Under the pieces are notes generated by a model, which searched no databases, was not told where the DNA came from, and saw only the letters and a list, made by a program, of their open reading frames with translations. From the NCBI GenBank assembly GCA_002269645.1, contig NIVC01001321.1, positions 1 through 26,945 on the forward strand: a DNA stretch of 26,945 nucleotides. Direction: 5' to 3'. Below, in pieces: positions 11,401 to 20,229 of this stretch (within the stretch, counting starts at the first letter, position 1; every line of letters begins with the position of its first letter). This stretch comes from Macrostomum lignano. Taxonomy: Eukaryota. Made by a program: the position numbers and the translations under genes.

Positions 11401-11716
11401 GCCTTGTGCTCCAACGCCGACACCGCAGCCGCTGCGACCGTCGCCGTCGCCGCCACCTCCAGACTCGGAGGACACTTTGTCGGCGTCTCAATCAGCTTTG
11501 GACGAGTCATCAGTGCTGATTCCAATGCTGATGGACGAGCAGCAGGCCCTCGCGGGCTTACAATCGACAACAACACCAACGATGGCGTTGGTTCGACGAC
11601 TTCGTCGATGCCTTCAACCGTGGCGATCGTTGAGGCTTCGGCCGAGCGCGCGCAACGCCGTCATCGCATATTTGTTTGGCCTGCACTGCCTGTTGCTGTA
11701 CTGGTTGCTGCTCTGA
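8420..11716 (+). CDS. Terminal exon E: coiled coil with Pro-rich hinges and C-terminal transmembrane tail anchor (giantin/golgin-84/CASP-like)
   Basis: 1098-codon ORF ending LRLRPSARNAVIAYLFGLHCLLLYWLLL-stop. The Tyr (11669) and His (11684) are spaced Y-x4-H, as in the TMDs of tail-anchored golgins (recalled: golgin-84 IYMALLH, giantin IYFLMIH, CASP FYTLFLH). Confidence 0.85.
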   Translation: MESLFAQLDAAEEEVGQLRLTLRDRDNELLRLADQLRVESEAKRLDLSTMREQSRLYEAEVRRLRFELDAKEEMLTLTREAATTATPAAAASTSSGCGREDTAGDGELDNSAAFYKRRTDELTVELNNARNSIQRLTGELKENSIAAEAAVEKLRAELSVTVESKELLNRELIEAKTACDSLTIEIAEAKEDGSIIEKLNSELATASDDKELLNKELFEAKATIDNLTAELAKTKTEIELVGDSNSKLTNAIRDKELLSEELSKAKATIDNLTAELAKTKTELELVGDSNSKLTNAIRDKELLSEELSKAKATNDNLTAELAKTKTELELVGDSNSKLTNAIRDKELLSEELSKAKATIDNLTAELAKTKTKVDGDASEALGNLNSELTVALEEKEKELSETKVLIDNLTAELTKAKEDMVIESTETRSIIEQLAKDKENLNQQLTAANNGIDSLNIEFVRTKEDLNNRLAEAECTIDNLRSELASAATANDNLCNELAEAKILIDELRNEQKEVEKPTLATVSCASQTEAVPEAAGLEQQRLYGAGQDTADGESEASLRSRLAEKERLEQRYAALVKKLRQQRQETLQQHRNQLAEVQSAAAAEVDELRRRLEASEAELDSARMSLALAPPPPPPPPPPPQQQAAESELQSLRAVHSRCQGQLDQVRAERNRIQQEFDRLRRRLEERPLSSTPPPPPSQPIERLQQSSSPTPSPPPLHAPTAEASAVDAAAAAAAEDEVLTLRSENEGLRFKVSVLETKAKKMEFRLRAERDKIDKLQLRLDEKDVELDQLVDKLRASRGQLESERSRHLNEAKRLSAALEAEEARAGKLERRLRDGSSESATAALAEEAAAAREAKRQSEQRLLAEAADLRGQLDELAADNRDLRSRLEAAAPSGSGASAGVSASDCAECRRLREAVRVLELQQASRRSRQPTCETKSVGTEAVSVDEAACQTLEPDEENDAMQRRLNELELAAVECESLRALVKQMEESAAPCAPTPTPQPLRPSPSPPPPDSEDTLSASQSALDESSVLIPMLMDEQQALAGLQSTTTPTMALVRRLRRCLQPWRSLRLRPSARNAVIAYLFGLHCLLLYWLLL
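9077..9531 (+). repeat. Near-perfect 135-bp (45-aa) coding tandem repeat, ~3.4 copies
   Basis: gctaaagctacaa begins at 9077, 9212, 9347 and 9482. Unit AKATIDNLTAELAKTKTELELVGDSNSKLTNAIRDKELLSEELSK. Degenerate copies flank it. Confidence 0.95.
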
Positions 11717-12424
11717 TTTGTACTTGTTAGCTTGGAATATTCTTTCAGCGTACTAATAGTAGCGTAATATATGCCGAACAATTTGGCTCACTACCCTACC
11801 CTGGCTACTCGTGGCACGCAAAATTCAAGATTTTAGGCCGTCAGCATTCAGTAACATCGAAAAATTCTATTAGAACTGAAGGATTTTACGTGCCTGCGAG
11901 ACTCTCCTGTCGTGTGGGCGAGAGGAATTGTAAGACTTTAATTATGAATTCGTACTAGGTAAGGCAATCATTTTCTATGGTTACGCGGCTGTTAATTAAA
12001 GCTGTTTTTGAGGTTTAGGAATTTGATCTTTAGTATATTGAATTTCGCTGGCTAATAGGTACTAGCTTAATTATATATGCTTTTGACAAGTATGCATTGT
12101 CCAATTTTATCTGTGGTTGTTGTTCTGCTCAAATTGTTGATTGTTGATAATATTTTCAGCTTAACGTCAATATATCTTCCTTATTGTTGCTATTCATATG
12201 CAATACATGTATAAGATATCGTTGGCACAGTTCAGTTTATAGATAACTTGAGTGCTAGCTGTGAGCTCAAGACATTTCATTGCTCATTCAGACTAATCCA
12301 TGTACCACTCTCGAACTCCCAATAGGCCAACTTGATTTTTGTTTGGTGTTTCTCTTGAATGTAATAATTGGTAGAAAACTACTCACTTCATAATCATATC
12401 GTTACAAAAATTCATTGAGCCTCC

Positions 12425-12430
12425 AATAAA
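12425..12430 (+). promoter_or_regulatory. Candidate polyadenylation signal of golgin-like gene
   Basis: AATAAA about 700 nt after the stop in an AT-rich 3' region. Another lies at 12619-12624. Confidence 0.4.
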
Positions 12431-12719
12431 TAAAAATGTAATTTGCGCTCTATATACTATGCATTATCTGAAATTGATACTTGTTTTGAATTCCTTTCAC
12501 TAGTTGAATTGTTTAATGGTGACACTTGTACAAAAATATATCCTTTTAAATTAGTGCGTTAGTTTATCACTGTTCGCCTTTATCGGTTGTTTTGTGTATC
12601 GTTGTTTGGCAACTGTATAATAAAACTGTTTTGAATTTGGCCTATTCTTTTTTCAACTCAAAAAGTAGGTATATTAAAAGTACTAACTTCACCTATTGTG
12701 CTTGGAAACCGAGGGCCGA

Positions 12720-13045
12720 ATCCTGTAACCTGTAATAGCCTGGAACAGCGCCGCCCTCTGGCGGTCAGGTAGGGTCTTGGACTGCAGGACTGCCACTGTT
12801 TGGTTTGAACTTGAAAGGAGGCTTTTGGGTGCTGCCGCAAATCAAGGCGACAGCCATCCTTCAGCCCTACGCGCACTACGCACACGAGGATGCCGATACT
12901 TGCTTTCTTATCGTCAAGCATGCATAATGCTGTGAACTGAGAGTTGTCACACATGGTTCAAGCGGATTCGAACCCCAATCTAATGTAGCCAAAGACTTTG
13001 AATCGAACTCAAAGGCTTTGGTCGCTACTCAGCCCATGCACCACC
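12720..13045 (-). mobile_element. Possible second Pol III/tRNA-related SINE-like element
   Basis: The minus strand has a B box GGTTCGAATCC (12974-12964), an upstream A-box-like TGGGCTGAGTAG and a GC-richer body than its flanks. The 3' boundary is unclear. Confidence 0.35.
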
Positions 13046-13276
13046 GGTTATTTCCCGATTTTACGCTTTTACCATAGACGGCTATATTTACTGCCTAGAA
13101 CGAGCTTAAAAAGTACTATCATATAGCAAGTGAATTTATAATTGTGTTCAGTTTAATAAAATAGTAATTAAAAGAATTTTACTTGAGTCTCAAGGCAAAG
13201 AATTTGAATTCCGACAGACAGTGAAATCTGTGTAACTACCATTTTTTATCGCCAGCTGACTAAACTTGAGTAAAAC

Positions 13277-16093
13277 ATGCACCATCTAGCTCACTGCGAC
13301 CACAGTGCATCGCAGGCTAGCCGACCTATGTCGCCGAGCACGCAGTTGAAGTTTCTGCTGGCCTGGGGCCAGGGACGCAACTCCCAAGAAAGCCCGTCCC
13401 CGCTCAGCAGTGGTCATAGGCTCCGCTCGAAGCTGTCAAACAACGCTCAGCTGGACGGATCGGCTTCTTCAAATCCTAGGCCGAGTGGTCGACGAAGGCG
13501 GTCACTGACCTATGTTCCGGTGTCCGCCTGGGTCAAAGACTTCAAGGATGAAGACGAGATCGACGGGTGCAGCATGAGGACGGCAGGAAGCCGCAGATCA
13601 CCGAGTACCGGAAGATTTTCAGCCGCGTCAAGGAGCGCCTCCATTGGTGACCGGATAACATCAGTTTCGTCCAGGCAGTCGGTTGCCATGCCGCATGAGC
13701 CGACGGAGTCGCCGGCGCCTCCGCTTCCGCCGCCTCGAGCGTCACGCGCGTCGCGGCCGGCTGAACGGAGTCCGCCACCGCCGCTTCCGCCCCGACGGGC
13801 ACCCCGGCCGGCTCCTCGGAAAACTCTACCACCGCTGCCGCCTCGGAAAAAGCTGCCACCGCCGCCGCCACCGGAGCAGTTGCTTTCGCCCCCGATGCCG
13901 TCTCAGACTCCGCCACCGACGCCACCTCCAAAGACTCTGACACCGCCACCGCCGGCGCGCGTTGCGTCTTCTTCTGCTAAAGCCTCTGTTGCAGCTGTTG
14001 CTGTCACCAGCCAACGCCACCGCACGAATCGCCATTCTTCAACACTATCTCAGGCTGAGCTACGGGAGGTTCTGGCTCGCAGTGCAAGTCGCGCTGAAGC
14101 CTATCAGTCCATCGCAGATGCAGCTCCATCTGCCGGTGCCTCGATAGCAGAGTGCTCTAGAAAACGCCGCGAGCTTCGGCGGCCGTCAGACGTAGCAACT
14201 CTACTACACGAGATACTCGCTGGTAGAGCAAGCCGCTTAGGTGCCGGGGAAACTTTAGAAGTCGCCTCGCCAGCCGCGGGCGCGGCTAGCGCTAAAACAA
14301 ATAAATCAACTCACGGCTCTGGGGCTGGTCGAGCTCTTAAAAATGAGGACGATTTAAACAAGCAACGAAAAAAGTGGTACAAGAAGTCGACAAAGTCGCG
14401 CAGCTACTCCTCTGAATCGAACATAGTGGACACGCTGGCGGAGATCATTGCTGAGAAGATCAGTCGCGCCGATAGGCGCAGGCAGAAGTATGACAGCAAA
14501 GGTGACGAACGCCTTAAGTTTGCAGCATCTTCGTCCAATCATCACAAAGACAAGCCAGATTGCGTTCCTGGGACCGAAAGAAAAGTTGTTAAAGTTAAAC
14601 GGCATAGTAAGCGAACCAGCACTGCCACAGATAGTTCGCTTAGTAGGCAGCAGCAAAACTGCAACAACTGCTATGAAAAGCCACCAAGAAGAAAAACAAG
14701 GCAGTTCTGTCACACTCACGTTGTGAATATTCAGTCAGCTAATGGTGTTCACAGTCGAAGTGGCGATGGTTGGAATTTTGCGTCCAAATATGGAAGCCAA
14801 GAACTTTTCCGTAAATGTGGGCTTTCAAATAGATCGAATGCAGGAAACTACAGACCATGTGATCAGCTCTTCTTTGATGGCAGTTTTGAGCAAGCGCAGA
14901 TTCGTGCAACTGCAACGCCAGTATCTGAGCGCAGCCTGTCTGAGCGATTCAGCGTTGAACGAATTCAAGGCGAGTTAGTCTATCAAAATGTCGATAATAT
15001 CGGCACTAGCACTTGTTCAACAGATGAGGAAATTAGCAGCGAACAACGTCCAACCAATGTGTCTCAGCTGAGCACGCAAGCGTTGTATCATCACCGGTTC
15101 AGCGGTGCTGAAATCTCTTCGTTCTCGCGTTCAAGCGATTCATCGCAACGGTCAATGTCAGAAGCTCAAGCGAACTCGCACTTAGCTCCAACTGGTTGCC
15201 AGCATTCTAAGGCTGTCACAGAGCGGTTGTCCCGGCGTGAAAACTCGGATTTCGAATCTCAAGCTGCTGCAGCCGCGGCGGCTGCGGCGGCCTATGCGGA
15301 AGATTTATTCAGCGGCGTGGTTAACGGACGCGATGAGTCCAATCTTCTGCTTCCGTTGGATGAGGCACCTCACGAGTTAAGGCTAAATTGGGTGTTGGCA
15401 GACACTGGGGACGAGTTGGGAGGAGGCGACTGTGTTGACATAGAAGCAACGATTCACATCCTTGAGCCGGAGACTGCATTGCCAAGGACCAATAGACGTG
15501 AACGGAGCCCGGTGTTTTGCGCCAGTCAGACTTGCAATTGGAGTTCCGATCTGCCGAACAACTGTCGAAGTGACGTTGCTGCTGATACATTGCAGCATTC
15601 TCAAACGCGCAGCTCAATATCGTCCGATGCGTTGCAGGAAAAATTTCGCTTACCGTCAACATTGCATGGTCAGCAGCAAAATGTCTCAGACTGGCTAACC
15701 ACTGGTTGCGAAGGTTTCAATCGAGTAGCGAAAAGCGTTAATAAAAAGCGGACTACACTGCATCGACGTAGTCGAGTTCAAATTGTGGAGCCTCTTGCTG
15801 ACGCTGTGCAGCATAAGATTGAGCTTCCCAGTTGTATTTTTGAGCAAATTTTCTGTTCTTGGAGACCATTAAAACATGCGCAACTGTTTAGACAAAGCTT
15901 GGCATTCGTCAGTCTAGAGAAAATGCTGCCCGACTCAGCGAGTGAATCTGCAAGTCTCTTGACTCATTTTGGCGGATTGCTGATCAGGGCAGACAATCGA
16001 ATCCCAGCCGAGCCAGAGAGAAAATCAGCACTAATAGAGCTATCGCATTTCGATTTGCCAGATGCATCAGCTCCCGCATTGTCAAGAGATTAA
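13277..16093 (+). CDS. Intronless 938-aa low-complexity protein with Pro-rich SH3-ligand cluster and basic NLS-like segments; function unknown
   Basis: 2.8-kb ORF with ATG in aaaacATG context. It contains PPLPPPR, PPLPPRR and PPLPPRKK, a basic stretch KQRKKWYKK and a poly-Ala tract. No recognisable folded domain. Confidence 0.75.
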   Translation: MHHLAHCDHSASQASRPMSPSTQLKFLLAWGQGRNSQESPSPLSSGHRLRSKLSNNAQLDGSASSNPRPSGRRRRSLTYVPVSAWVKDFKDEDEIDGCSMRTAGSRRSPSTGRFSAASRSASIGDRITSVSSRQSVAMPHEPTESPAPPLPPPRASRASRPAERSPPPPLPPRRAPRPAPRKTLPPLPPRKKLPPPPPPEQLLSPPMPSQTPPPTPPPKTLTPPPPARVASSSAKASVAAVAVTSQRHRTNRHSSTLSQAELREVLARSASRAEAYQSIADAAPSAGASIAECSRKRRELRRPSDVATLLHEILAGRASRLGAGETLEVASPAAGAASAKTNKSTHGSGAGRALKNEDDLNKQRKKWYKKSTKSRSYSSESNIVDTLAEIIAEKISRADRRRQKYDSKGDERLKFAASSSNHHKDKPDCVPGTERKVVKVKRHSKRTSTATDSSLSRQQQNCNNCYEKPPRRKTRQFCHTHVVNIQSANGVHSRSGDGWNFASKYGSQELFRKCGLSNRSNAGNYRPCDQLFFDGSFEQAQIRATATPVSERSLSERFSVERIQGELVYQNVDNIGTSTCSTDEEISSEQRPTNVSQLSTQALYHHRFSGAEISSFSRSSDSSQRSMSEAQANSHLAPTGCQHSKAVTERLSRRENSDFESQAAAAAAAAAAYAEDLFSGVVNGRDESNLLLPLDEAPHELRLNWVLADTGDELGGGDCVDIEATIHILEPETALPRTNRRERSPVFCASQTCNWSSDLPNNCRSDVAADTLQHSQTRSSISSDALQEKFRLPSTLHGQQQNVSDWLTTGCEGFNRVAKSVNKKRTTLHRRSRVQIVEPLADAVQHKIELPSCIFEQIFCSWRPLKHAQLFRQSLAFVSLEKMLPDSASESASLLTHFGGLLIRADNRIPAEPERKSALIELSHFDLPDASAPALSRD

Positions 16094-16155
16094 TAGTAAG
16101 CTGCTGCCTACTGGGTTCGACTCTTGAACTGGCAGGTGGACATCTGAATCTATCT

Positions 16156-17127
16156 ATGCTGAATACCACGCAGCACCCAGAAGCAGCAATCGTCAGGTCA
16201 AGCCTCTGTTTGCATCAGCGATGCGGCAACAGACAGAAATTGTTTAATTCGGGCGTCGAGCAGACCTGGCCGCCCTGTTGCTTCTACAGGACCGAGTCCT
16301 GTCGAGGCTCAACAGCCCGTCGAGGCCGAAGCAATGAGCTTCTTGAGAAGCTGCAAGTAGCTTCCAATCTGGCTATACAAAGCCGGCGACAGAGCGATCG
16401 ATTCAGCAATGACTTAGATGAACAAGCAATAGAATTCAATAACTGTGACGTCACTCCTCTGACATCTATCGGTGCAACTGATTGTGCAAAGTGTCTAAAA
16501 CCAATCGAAGCATCGCTGACCGAGAAATGTAAACGATTATCCTCAAAGTACTGCAGCTTACAATGCGTCATCACACACTGTCCAGAGCTGGTCACCAATC
16601 TAAACTTGCACCTGGCCTCCGATACCGAAGCCTCGAAGAAAGATTCGAAAACGCTGCAGCGTGAGCCACCGCAACAGCCGTACTTCTCAAATCAGGAAAC
16701 GGCATCGAGTGAGAGCAGCAGCACCGATACCAGCTTGCGCACCCTCGGCAACCAGTTCAATCAGGTGAGCGATACGTGCAGAAAGCTGCTACTGTCCCAG
16801 GCGGCTGGCGACAAGCTGGCATCATCTAGCGCGGATCAGCTGCTTTCTCTCCAGTCCATCCAGACTGCAGACTCGGATCCGCGGGTCGAACAGGCTAACG
16901 AAGGCGTAAGAAGCTCGCCGCTCGATGCCCGATCCTGCAGCTCTCGAAGTTGCCCGTCTAGCAGCAATGCACGGTGCTTCGGCTCGCCTTATCTGTCGGA
17001 ACTCGAGCAGGAAGTGCCTCCTCTGGTCAGCATCACTTGCCAGCTCAGCTTAGTGGAGCAAACGACTAGCGATGCTGATACCAGTGACAGTTTTGAACAT
17101 TCTTTACCGGCTGGCGACTGCGCATAG
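16156..17127 (+). CDS. 323-aa ORF with FCS/TRASH/MYND-like Cys cluster; possibly the C-terminus of the 13277 gene
   Basis: The frame is open from 15946 and overlaps the end of the upstream ORF. It contains CAKC-x18-YCSLQC-x3-HC at 16483-16581. Confidence 0.55.
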   Translation: MLNTTQHPEAAIVRSSLCLHQRCGNRQKLFNSGVEQTWPPCCFYRTESCRGSTARRGRSNELLEKLQVASNLAIQSRRQSDRFSNDLDEQAIEFNNCDVTPLTSIGATDCAKCLKPIEASLTEKCKRLSSKYCSLQCVITHCPELVTNLNLHLASDTEASKKDSKTLQREPPQQPYFSNQETASSESSSTDTSLRTLGNQFNQVSDTCRKLLLSQAAGDKLASSSADQLLSLQSIQTADSDPRVEQANEGVRSSPLDARSCSSRSCPSSSNARCFGSPYLSELEQEVPPLVSITCQLSLVEQTTSDADTSDSFEHSLPAGDCA

Positions 17128-17346
17128 GACGCGATGGTGCTGACAGAACTTTGCTGGACCGATTGGGCCTGCGTTCTATCAGTTACTTAGTGCATTTTTT
17201 CCGCTGCTCATTTTATCTTATACTAGCAAGAATACAATTTAAATGAAATCTCATTCTTTTTTTCAATTATACTCGCGCGTTATACGCCGCCATCTAATTT
17301 GTTCTTCAAACTTGCATTTGAGGGGCAACTCGATCCATCGCCAGTT

Positions 17347-17352
17347 AATAAA
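17347..17352 (+). promoter_or_regulatory. Candidate polyadenylation signal of second locus
   Basis: AATAAA 220 nt after the stop at 17127, followed by T-rich sequence. Confidence 0.4.
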
Positions 17353-19423
17353 GTTGAGACAGCATCTTGTTTTAATTTTCGATATAATTTTTGTTCCATG
17401 AGAACAGAGGAACTTTTTGCTTGAACGTAGTAAAGAACTTTATTTAATTATTTTGTTGTACTAAGTCAAGTTTTTAAATATATATGTTCCATTTTCAAGG
17501 AGAGCATACAACAATAAGGTATGTGTAATCGACTGATAGACATATTTTAAATGTTTCAAATCAAATTAAAAGCTGGGCATAGGTTTTGAACATTGTAGCA
17601 GATATTTTTGTTGGCTATCCCTTTATTATATCTTCTCTCTACAACAGCAATAAAGGATATGGAACACGAAAACCAGTTTCAATGCATGGTCTACATTTTT
17701 TCATAGCCTCAAGCCTACGGCCAAGCTCCGGCCCGTAGTGGAAAGATAGGTGGAGTCTCGTGTCCGAGTATATTTAACTTTGCGGGGAAAGTTCTTAAGC
17801 TCTCTATAGCTCCTCCATTTTACTGTCATCGCCTTCTAGGCACACGTCACGGGCTACAGGGGGTGGCAGTGGCGCGGTTCGATCACACGTACCAAAGCTG
17901 CCACGCGCAGCGGGCCCGTGCCGCACTTTACCGCGCGGCCTACACAGTCATTTGTGCCGATATATACATGTACATAAAATTTCTTCACTAATTCGACACC
18001 ATCGAATATTTATTCTTGCTCAGTTACGAAATGCGTAAGTATCTAATTTCAGATTAGCACAGATCCGTACATAAAAGATATACTGAGTTGTTAAAAAATT
18101 AACTGGGCTTTTTGAAGATGAGGGAAACGTCGGCCAATTCACGCGTTTGTAAAAAAACAAATTTTCGTAATTCAATTTTCTTCAAGCCTTTAAAATATTA
18201 TAAAAATAAATAAAAACTTAGCATTTTAATAAAGCCCGAGTCTTGTTACATAGGTAGATAAATATACTGTCGTTTTTTGAATTTAAAATTTTTGTCTTCT
18301 GTGCTCACGATTTGAGATCAACATTACGACGAAGTTTAACTATCAAGTCTTAAATGGCGTAATGATTAGCTAGTAAAAATTCCTAAACTTGGTAAGCCTA
18401 CCAACAAGCGCCTCAACTGATAACCGAATTCATAAATCATACATCAAATGAAATCACATCAAATGCTGCCCTAGTGCCCTTGATTGGCTTGAAAGTAAAA
18501 TTGAATGTTGTGCGACAAAGGTACCCAATAGGCCATAGTCATTTAACCAAGGGCGGACCTGGAACTATTTTGAGGAGGGGGGGGGGGGCAAAGCTTTCCC
18601 AAACAGCCAAGCTTTCTAAGCAACAAACAACAACCCAACCCAATGCCATATTAGAAGTAGAAATAGGGCCTACACAGCCCACAGCACAGGCATGACACAG
18701 CACTTATAATAATTATAAGTGAAAATACTGTTATTGGTTAATGATATTTTTAGGCCTAGTTAAGTGATCATCACATATTAGTAATAATCACAATTATGTG
18801 TTTTTAGACCTATTCATAGGGCTTAATCATGAATATATATTTAGACCTTTACTAGCATAGGCCCCCTAGGTCCTAGGTGCTATCAAATTTGTCAACATCT
18901 AATTCTTCAACTCTATTGTCATTGACAAATTCAGTGTATTTTACCATGCATTATTATTGTTAACAAATTTGGTTACCTGATGATATACTAACTAGGCCAA
19001 GGGGGCCATAGCCCAGCAGTAGGCCTAGCACAGCTGCTCTGGTGTGCTAGCAACTCAGGCTCAATTCCAAGTGTAGTCATAATAATTTGGGGCTAAATTG
19101 GAATCTCGGCTTGGCTCTGCTTGTGCAATTAAGCCTAACAGCCTTGAGGGAGGGCCAACCCGCCAAGGTATAGTGAAATGTACATGCCTAATGATAATAT
19201 AAAGTTAGGGCTGCTATATACTCCTGTGTGAGTGTGTGCCTGCGTACATATCCGCGCGCTTATATGCCTGCTCAGGGGAGTCAGTGGAATAGGCAGTAAT
19301 GCTTCTCACTGCTTGTGTGCCTATGTCTCTTAAAGTATGCGAGGGTACACATAACCCCCTGCCTCTAATAAAAAAATAAAAAAATACTACTAGGCCTCAT
19401 GATGATATACCCAATATTGTTAT

Positions 19424-20229
19424 GGCAGTTGTTATTTGTCTGGTGACCAGACGAATAGCCTTTTTGCTATTTGTCCGGTTAAATTGCTAACACAAGTATC
19501 TTATTTGTTTCGTGATGAATAGACCTATTCTTGTATACTGATTAATATTTTCTTGTATATTAGAGTGTTAAGCAAAGCAGTATATTATTCAATTCGGCAT
19601 AATTTGACGTATTAAACATTCACCGACACTTATTCAGACACTTCTATAGACACTTTAGTTTCTGTCGTATGAATTGTAGGAACAAGCATTAAATTTGTTT
19701 ATTCCTAACAAACTATCAGTAAACTGCTTTATTTTAAGCTTTTTTGCTTTATTTTATTAAATATGAATTAGGAAGTGTCCTGGACAAATTTAACATTCTT
19801 CTTCACATGAAAAGAATCTATGCAGAATAACAAATTTCATGATTCATATTTAATAAAATAAAGCAAAAAATGGCTTACAATAAAGCAGTTTACTGATAGT
19901 TTGTTAGGAATAAACAAATTTAATGCTTGTTCCTATGATTCATACAACAGAAACTAAAGTGTCTATAGAAGTGTCTGAATAAGTGTCGGCGAATGTTTCA
20001 TACATCATAATTTGGTGTATAAAACACACACTAGTATAACAATATAATAGTTAAGATACAAGTAAGAAGTCTTTAAAGTCTAAGAATATTTACCCTTGTG
20101 GTTTTTATGAACTAGATATTTTAGCATTATCAATTTAACTGGATGAATAGAAAAGCATGGTCAGGATCCAGTAACCGGACAAATAACCATATCGCTATTC
20201 GTCTGGTCACCGGACAAATAACAACTGCC
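19424..20229. mobile_element. Non-autonomous Mutator/MULE-like DNA element (outer)
   Basis: TIR ggcagttgttatttgtctggtgaccagacgaatagc (19424-19459) matches the reverse complement of 20194-20229 with 1 mismatch. A second inverted block lies at 19468-19481/20172-20185. An exact 9-bp TSD TATTGTTAT is at 19415-19423 and 20230-20238. Confidence 0.85.
19607..20005. mobile_element. Foldback element with ~167-bp TIRs nested inside the outer element
   Basis: Arms 19607-19773 and 19837-20005 align as inverted repeats with about 9 substitutions and one 2-bp indel, around a ~63-bp spacer. An exact 9-bp TSD CATAATTTG is at 19598-19606 and 20006-20014. Three gacactt subrepeats lie near each end. Confidence 0.9.

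Noticed and set aside
8410-11730. Alternative-frame and antisense ORFs over exon E
   Set aside because: Expected in GC-rich coding DNA with few stops, and no domain-like content.
13542-16598. Short overlapping ORFs within gene 2
   Set aside because: By-products of GC-rich, Pro/Arg-rich coding sequence.
18548-18885. agggcggacctgg plus poly-G resembling a DNA transposon left end
   Set aside because: The only candidate right end (ctaggtcc near 18866) matches partially, and no TSD was found.
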